Source: Octopus vulgaris
Taxonomy: Eukaryota
Assembly: GCA_951406725.2 (NCBI GenBank)
Contig: OX597826.1
Coordinates: 82,398,001 to 82,462,000, forward strand
Direction: 5' to 3'
DNA length: 64,000 nucleotides
Positions 56,124 through 64,000 of this stretch are shown in pieces. The notes under the pieces were generated by a model. The model was not told the DNA's origin. It was given only the letters and a program-made list of their open reading frames with translations, and did no database searches. The translations under genes and the position numbers were made by a program. Within the stretch, counting starts at the first letter, position 1. Every line of letters begins with the position of its first letter.

Positions 56124-56802
56124 AAGTGTGTATTATTATATTTTGCACCCAGAATATATGACACCGTTACAATCTCACACGCCGACGACTTGCTAATTAC
56201 GTACAGAGAATTGACATTTTGACACAGGAAGCGAATTATTCAAACTTGTAATTTGCTTGAACGTTTTGCACGATAACTGCAACAGGTGAAGTTGCAACAC
56301 GATTGAGATATCACAGCTTAGAAGAGCAGCCATCGTACAAGTAGGTAAGTTTTTCAAATATTTTAATCTGATACTGTTCAATCTGGCGTACAACAATTTG
56401 TAGCATAAAAAAAGTAGAAACGCATCTGTCAAGTTGTGTTAAACGAAAAAATCTCTGGTCGCTCTTATCCATGTTCTTAAACATACATTCAGATTTGTCT
56501 CCCATTTCCCAAATGTTTTATTGACTATTTCGAATCACGTAAGTCTTATGTTAACCCATGCGTAAAATAAAATATCATTTGCATTTCCTGCTGCTAGTTT
56601 ATTCTCTGAAATGAACGGCAATTTTCTTCCGCAACACTTCTCATTTATCTTATCACGTAGTGAGTCAATTATAAATTATCTGCTTCTGACTTCAACCGAA
56701 AGTGCAAACTGACGTAAAACATTAAAACAAATTTCACATTACTACTTATTCTATAGTGCCTGCAATATACTTACTTATATCATCGTTTATTAGTATCATC
56801 AC

Positions 56803-56870
<68 letters not shown>

Positions 56871-57059
56871 CCGTCATCATCATCATTCTCGTTGTTGTTG
56901 CTGTAGTTGTTGTTCTTATTGGTGTTGTTATATCAAATTTTCAGTTTCATATATGATATAGCATAAAATTCCACTGCCATCCAACACAGCTATAAATCAT
57001 TATTACATACCTCAAATCCTTAAATTATTGTCTTTTTAGTAAAGTGCTTCTTTCTCTCT

Positions 57060-57142
<83 letters not shown>

Positions 57143-57286
57143 GAAAGATATATTTATACATATACATATATATATATATATATATATGTGTGTGCATAAT
57201 TGCACCTAATAGACATGCATATATATATATTTATGTGTGTGTGTGTGTATGTGTGCGTGCGTGTGTGTGTGTATAAATATATATAC

Positions 57287-57355
<69 letters not shown>

Positions 57356-57383
57356 TATATTTATATATACATATATGCACATA

Positions 57384-57424
<41 letters not shown>

Positions 57425-58294
57425 CACATATATACACGTATATATATATATATATATATATGTACATATATCCTGTATAAAGATGAGCTACTAATATTGA
57501 AGATACGAGTTTAGGCATGTCTTACAACGTGCCTTGTGTCTTCAGGCGATATCTTGGCTCCGAGAACATGCACTGTTGTATTTGAAAATCAGGACGCTGG
57601 TTCAAGAGAGACCAAGAGAAGACAAGAAGGCTGATGCAAAAGGTGAATGAGTGAATAAAAAGAGAAAAATAGAAACAGAAAGAGATTAGAGTTACGTCTC
57701 CTACTCATCGTTGTAGAATAATCGGAGTGGGGTCTTCAGTCAGTGGGACAGCTGCCTAGTTTGGAAATATTCCTGTTTTTGCTGATAGTTTCATTTCTCG
57801 AAATATTTTCTCAGATGGAATTCTTGGATCTAAAGAAGTGGCCATCGTTCAGTTACGCATATGTTGCACTTACATCCATTTATATGAGACATTCGTATCT
57901 CTACGATGGCCCAAACTCGTTGTATGAAAACGTTTACCGCTCGTGAGAATAGGTTAAACACTTGCTTTGCGTTGGAAAAGGAAGTCAGATTAATATAGAA
58001 ATCAGGGCAACAGAATTAGTTCGAAAGCTCATTTATGGGGTTCTACCATGCAAATATGTAATCAACATCTACGATCGGGATTAGGGATGTGCACGGCACC
58101 TATTAACTGAGTGAGTGCGACGGACAAAAAGCAACTGAGTAAGAAATGTCTCCGGAAAGAACATCATGCATTGCACTGTCGAGTTTTCGAAAAAGTCTGC
58201 GACAGTTCCAAAAATATTGCTGCTACTGTCTCGAATTCCGAAGACTTTAAGAATAGGTGAGAAAGGCTGAGTCGAAGAACACCTATCTTGTATA

Positions 58295-58556
58295 TTTTAC
58301 TTGTTTCAGACCGCGGCCATGTACTGTATTTAGTCCAATGGACTGACCCTCGTATTTTTTCTATCGGTCTTTTACACAACCACTAAATTACGGGGACATA
58401 AACATACCAACACCGATTGTAAAAAGGTGGTGGGGCACAAACTTAGACACATATGTATATGTATATATATGATGGGATTCTTTCAGTTTCCGTCTATTAA
58501 ATCCACTCACTAGGATTTGGTCGGCCCGACGCTATTGTAGAAGACACTTGCCCAAG
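58295..58556 (-). mobile_element. SINE family A, diverged and 5'-truncated
   Basis: TTTTACTTGTTTCAG..CGGCCATG through GTAGAAGACACTTGCCCAAG aligns with ~515-803. Confidence 0.8.
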
Positions 58557-59099
58557 TTATATATGCGTGTTTGTGTGTGTGCGTATGTGGGTGTGTGAGT
58601 GTGCGAATGTGTGAGTGTGCGAATGTGTGAGTGTGCTTGTGCGTTTGTATGTGTGCGAATGTGTGCGCGTGTCTATGTATTTAGTATGTGTGAGTGTGTG
58701 TGGGTGTGCTTTCTACTCTATTTGTACCCCAATGCTTTGCTTGGGAAGAAAGCTTCTTACCACCCAGACATGCCTACACCTCAGATGTTGAATGCGAACA
58801 AATGGCGTTTGCAATAATTCAGACTTTGGAAATGAAGAAATCCTTCGCAACTATGTCTGCCTAATGCAGACAATCCATCTGCTGCCACCCGATCAATAAG
58901 TGGTGGCGACCGTAGTTATTGGAGGACTTGCCATAATCCTGTCTGGATGGGAAGCCACGTTGGAAAGGAAAACAAAATATTCAATGAATAATCTACGTCA
59001 TGTCTAAAAGGAAAACTACAAACCCATCACAAATCTCAGAGAAGAAAGCTCGTGCCACTCAAAGGAATATTGAAACAGCGCGAATATGTACACGTTTAC

Positions 59100-59143
<44 letters not shown>

Positions 59144-59343
59144 ACAAACACATACATGCATACACACAATTACATGCGTAGTATAACGTTTATGTCTATA
59201 GTTAGATGTTCAACTGAGGCTGTTGCTTTTGGAGTTCTATGCTGATGTCTGCTTGCAATATTGTGTATAGAAATACTTTGTGTGTGAGAGAGAGAGAGGG
59301 AGAGATTATAATTATGTATATATATAAGATAGAATAATATGTA

Positions 59344-59389
<46 letters not shown>

Positions 59390-59391
<2 letters not shown>

Positions 59392-59970
59392 CTTGGAAAT
59401 GGATGCGTGGCGTTCGATCATAGAATAATACAAAAATAATATACATGCATAGAGAAACAAATAGAGAAACGAGACAGGCAACACAAAGAACAATGCCTTC
59501 GTCAGTTGTTCCCGTTTTATCTATTCTGCGTTTCGAATATTGGGACGAGATGCGACTTCGTTAAAACAGTCGTTCCCGGAAAGCAAATTAAATAAAACTT
59601 TGGGTTTGTGGAGGGCTACAATAGTTACAAATACTGGACAGTAAGAACAAAACAGTAAAAACAAACGATAAGGGCTGTTAAGTCATCACGTGGTGAAGTG
59701 ATGAACGCTGGAGAAACGATCTTTGTCTTGTCTCTTGTAAAGCAAGAGGAAAAAGAAAGATAGCCGCTGGTCACGTGTGTGCAACGAGAGAATCAAGGAG
59801 GAAGTGTGAGTGAGGGAGAGGGAGAGAAAGAGAACGGTGAAGGGATGAGGAGGAGAAGAGAGAATAGAGGGAGAAAAGAGATAGTTGTAGAGGGTGTATC
59901 AGAATTATTAAGATAAAACTTACTTGGAAATGGATACGTGGCATTCGATTATATAATAATAGAAATAATA
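59390..59970 (-). mobile_element. Non-coding element bounded by ~50-bp direct repeats (PLE/retrozyme-like)
   Basis: TACTTGGAAATGGATGCGTGGCGTTCGATCATAGAATAATA at 59390 recurs at 59921. The minus strand contains CGAAACGC and CTGACGAAGG, and both sides are (TA)n. Confidence 0.65.
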
Positions 59971-60109
59971 TATATATATATATATGCATATATACATACA
60001 TATATGTATATACACATTCATATATGGATACTGGGCGTCAAAACGAACGTGAAAAGAGTTCGTTTTCCATGTTTTTGTTTTTATGTTCTCGTTTTACATT
60101 TTGTTAACA

Positions 60110-61220
60110 ATTGCTCGGCGCATCCGCAGTCTCCCTTCTTCCCAGCTGCTTGTTCTGCTGTTACGATGTTATTGGTTTCACAATGGAAGAGGTTTAAACA
60201 TACTGTATATATCTTATACATTAACTTCTAGCATGCGACTGGTCTATAGGTTTTTGCCATGTGGTTGGTTCTGCATTCGAGGCTCAATTTTGTCTCTGCC
60301 AGAGCTAACCAGTTTGGTATGCTACTATTCCCAATTAAATCTTGCTGGTACAGATTGATAAGATAGGATCGGTAGAATCTCAGCTTCTTGTACCAATATC
60401 CAATAATCAAGTCTCTTCCAAGTGCTTTTCCATCCTGGTCTTTCTGGATCACAGTTGCAAGAGTTTCGCCATCAATGTTGTATGTTTTGGATGTAATGCA
60501 GGAGCAATAACTTTTTCGAATTGCTTCCAGCCACAGAGCTTCTTGATTAAATTCCTTCTCTTCACTCAAGATTTTCCTCTAGAAGGAGTCTATGTCTTCT
60601 CGTGAAAGAGCTTCCATGATCTTTACTGTTCCTCCTCTCATGTTCCTCCTCTCATGTAGCTGTAAAATTCTGCTTGGTTGCAGTTAAATGTTTTGTTTAT
60701 TGTTCTTCTCTCGGTTATTCTCTTCTGATGTCGGAGTTTTTCCCTGACAGCTTTTAGCTCCTGCTTGAGGGTAATTAGTTTGAAAGTGAGTGTTCTCTTT
60801 TTGTTGTCTCCAAACATCATTTCTATTTCCTTCTTTACTTTCTGTTGGTGAGACGTACAGTAATTTGCTTGTTTGCATGCAATAAGCACCATTACATGAC
60901 TGAGGGTCTTCCGTAAACCAGTTATCTTTGTCTCTGCCTTCAAAACTCATGATGGGACTTTCTTTGTTATTTCGGTTTTGTTTCCTTTTTGAATATCATT
61001 CATGTTCTGTTTTACAATAGTAGCCAGAGCATTTGTCAGACAGGCGTTAAACTGCCAAGATGTGGGTTCCTCACACTGTTGTAAATACTCATCACCAAGT
61101 TCGTTAACAGTTTTTAACACCGTATCTGGTGGGTTTGTTTTACTTACTTTGGCAGAGAATACTCTCTCCTCGAAGGAGTACGTCAAAGCCAAAGTGACTT
61201 TTTCTCAGAAAATGGCCACA
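60110..61220 (-). pseudogene. R4/Dong-type non-LTR retrotransposon, N-terminal region and start of RT
   Basis: LKQELKAVREKLRHQKR..ERRTINKTF, then GKALGRDLIIGYWYKKL...IPNWLA...KTYRPVAC..MYKIYT (KAPGxD, YRPIxC and YK motifs). Frameshifted. Confidence 0.85.
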
Positions 61221-61332
61221 CTTCACCGGCATATAATCTTGACTACTACTACTAATACTACTACTACAAATACAATAATCGTTGCAGTTGTGACTGCTAA
61301 TGTATGTATAACAATATAGATATATGTATAAG

Positions 61333-61545
61333 GCACTGAGCTGGTAGCACGTCGGAGAAAAAAATCGTTAGAGGCATTTTGGCTTTCTTTACGGTCTGCA
61401 TTCAAATTCCGTTGAGGTCGAGATTTTCAAGTTTAATCATTTCATTTGTGGTGGTGGTGGGGGCGATACAATAAGCGCCACTTGAGTAGAGGAGCCGATG
61501 TACTCGACTCTCGCCAACCTCTTATATCTAGCTTTGTGCTAAAAT
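61333..61545 (+). mobile_element. Diverged SINE family C
   Basis: GAGCTGGTAGCACGTCGG...ATTCAAATTCCGTTGAGGTCGA. Confidence 0.6.
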
Positions 61546-61959
61546 TTGAAGTTTTCCTTATGTACGTACCGTGGGGGCATACAATCAAATGGTTCTTTTG
61601 GTTCTTTGTTTATAGTTTTGGACTAGCGATTCAGTCCACTTCTAATTCGGTCCCGGTATGAGATGTTGATAAGCCACAATCATGGTGAAACATCGATGTC
61701 CATCGCACCAGAATGCGATTATGAAGCGAGTTGTCTCACCAGTCTATGTTTTAACAAGCGGCACTTTGAAAGAGTCATTTCCACCACGCAGCGTCACAAT
61801 CCCACCGCAGCGTCACAATCAGAACGCTTGCATAATATTTACAACACGAGCGGTTCTTCTCATTCATATTTGAATATATATGTGTGTGTGTGTATGAATA
61901 TATGCATGTATGTATACATGTATACATACATATGTGTGTGTGTGTGTGTGTTAATGTGT

Positions 61960-63440
61960 TAATGGCCTCATCTCTGGAGGATGTGGTGATATAGATGTCA
62001 TCAACGTACCTGGAGAAGAAGATGCCTGAGCGGCAGGGGTTGAGTGCTTATCCATGTACGAGATGGCCAGCAGGCCTGAAAGGCTCGATCCCATAGATAT
62101 GCCGGAAGTCTGTTCGTAAATCACACCGTTATATTGGAAATAGATGTTACCAACTATAATGGTTATTAACTCTCGTATATCCGAGGGCGTGAGGCCGAAG
62201 AGCTGGAGGTTGATGGATGGTGAGGTGGGAGAAGATGAAGGGGAAGATGGAGAGGGGGAAGAGATGAGGAAGGAGATGTTGGGTGGGAGATAAGGACGTG
62301 ATGTGGTCTCTAAGGATATCGACGACTGGGAATGCGAGTACAGCGGGGTAGAGGGAAAGTACGTCGAAGCTAAAAGAGTATTAGTTTTAAGTATGGCGGG
62401 GTCGATAACTTTGAGTCTCGTGAAGATTTCATGGGAGCTGCTGACGTGTCCGGGAAATGCGTGTAGTAGGGGCTTGAGGAGTTTAGAGAGGAGCCAAGAA
62501 ATCTTATAGAAAGGACCGTTAAAATCCTGATACTATGGGTCTGACTTTAAGCTTAGCTCCGGATTTGTGGGTTTTTATTAAATGACAGAAGGATAGAAGG
62601 AAGGTGTTTTTAGATGCGTGGTTCAACCTAGTCTTCTTAGGGAGATTCCTTTGGTGACAAATGTTGGTCCAGCTGGTGTTGATGGTGGACAACTGTTGGT
62701 GAGGAGTGATGTAAAACTTTTCGTATAGTGTGGTGTCCCTGACGTCTTCGGTACCTAGTTTGTTGTCGGTGGGTTTGTCTATAATGAAGAATACTTTCCC
62801 TCTGTCTGAAGGTAGATGGACGAGGCTTTTGTTTCTTAAGTTTTGCAAGGCCAGGAATTGGGATTTAGTAAGGTTGTGTGATAGGGAAGGGTGTTTACCT
62901 GATATGTTAAGTATGGATTGTTTGAGTCTTGCTAGTCTGGGGTTGAGTTCGGGGTGGTGAGGGGGTGTGGGTTATCGAGGTGGTAGACGAGGAGTCTAAG
63001 TATAGGGAAGGAGGAGGGAGAAGAGGAGGTAGAAGAAGATGATGATGACGGTGAAGATGACGATAAATACGGGAAAGAGGATGAGGACGATGTAGGGGGG
63101 GGGGTAAAGGGGTAGATAATGACGCTGGCGATGATGAAGACGGTAAAGATGGTGATGGAGAAGAAGATGTGGAATAAGATATAGAAGCTGGTGAGCGTAA
63201 TGTTGATGATGACAGCGACGATGAAGATATTGTCAGCGCTGACGATGAAGATCAAGATTATGTAGGGAGGGAGAGGGCGTTTTAAGGGCCGTAATGCATT
63301 TTAGTTAGTAAGCTGTCCGACAAAAGTTGGTCTTTCAGTTTCAATTTGTCAATGAGTTGTGTTAGAATAAATTTGGGTCTTTTGCTCAGGAGTTGTTTCT
63401 CTGCCTGTGTGAGAGAACCAGATAGGTCTGTAACCAGGAT
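61960..63440 (-). pseudogene. Penelope-like element reverse transcriptase relic
   Basis: VTDLSGSLTQAEKQLLSKRPKF; LPSDRGKVFFIIDK; HLIKTHKSGAKLKVRPIVSG; YFQYNGVIYEQTSGISMGSSLSGLLA; FFSRYVDDI. Frameshifts and low-complexity expansions are present. Confidence 0.9.
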
Positions 63441-63544
63441 GTCGTTTGCAGCAGCAGCAGCAGCAGCAGCAGCAATGGCTGTCGTCGGTATGGATGTATT
63501 AAGTGGTGGTGCGGCCCCGTGGATGGTGTTAGTAGTGCGCATAG

Positions 63545-63850
63545 ACTTCGGTGGTTGGTCAATCTGGGATCTAGCCTTCCAGGCCTACTGGCCATCACCT
63601 TCATGGATAAGCTAGAACACACACCATTCAACACCTGCCGCTCATGCATATTCTTCTCCAGGTACGTTGATGACATCCTTATCATCACGTCCTCCAGGGA
63701 TGGGGCCATCAGCATACACCTAACCTTCAATAATATCGAGACTGAATAACCAGACGAATCCGGAACCCTCTCTCTACTCGACTTTCAACTCAGGATCACA
63801 GAGGAATGTTCCATGTTTATCAAATTCTACAGAAAAACAGCTAGCAGAAA
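63545..63850 (+). pseudogene. Second PLE RT fragment in the opposite orientation
   Basis: GSSLPGLLAITFMDKLE...FFSRYVDDILI...GTLSLLDFQL...KFYRK. Confidence 0.88.
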
Positions 63851-64000
63851 ATTATACATACACACACACGCCACACACATATATATTTATTGTGGGATGT
63901 ATGTGTTAGCGTGTTTATATTATATATTTGAATAACTCATTCTATATTTCACAGCTGAGAATAAGGAAAACCTATGATCGACCCCATTACGTAACTTGAT

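Overview
AT-rich, microsatellite-dense eukaryotic genomic DNA. The SINE families and repeat landscape look like an Octopus-type cephalopod (inference from recalled repeat sequences, not a database hit). I found no convincing host protein-coding exon, and most listed ORFs are translations of simple repeats. The window is a transposon graveyard. It holds three tRNA-headed SINE families, decayed CR1/L2, RTE, L1/Tx1 and R4/Dong LINE fragments, a mariner relic, a TIR-bounded Tc1 relic, a mariner-type MITE, and three non-autonomous Helitrons. It also holds many Penelope-like element (PLE) pieces: an open GIY-YIG endonuclease frame, RT fragments and short non-coding derivatives. The most interesting signal is the PLE-related set: several minimal type-I hammerhead ribozyme motifs (best at 6383-6442, just 3' of the GIY-YIG frame), a ~530-bp direct-repeat-bounded retrozyme-like unit, and repeated short hairpin insertions in or beside (TA)n tracts. 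Different element classes appear to occupy different microsatellites. All hammerhead copies here carry at least one core deviation, so activity is unproven.
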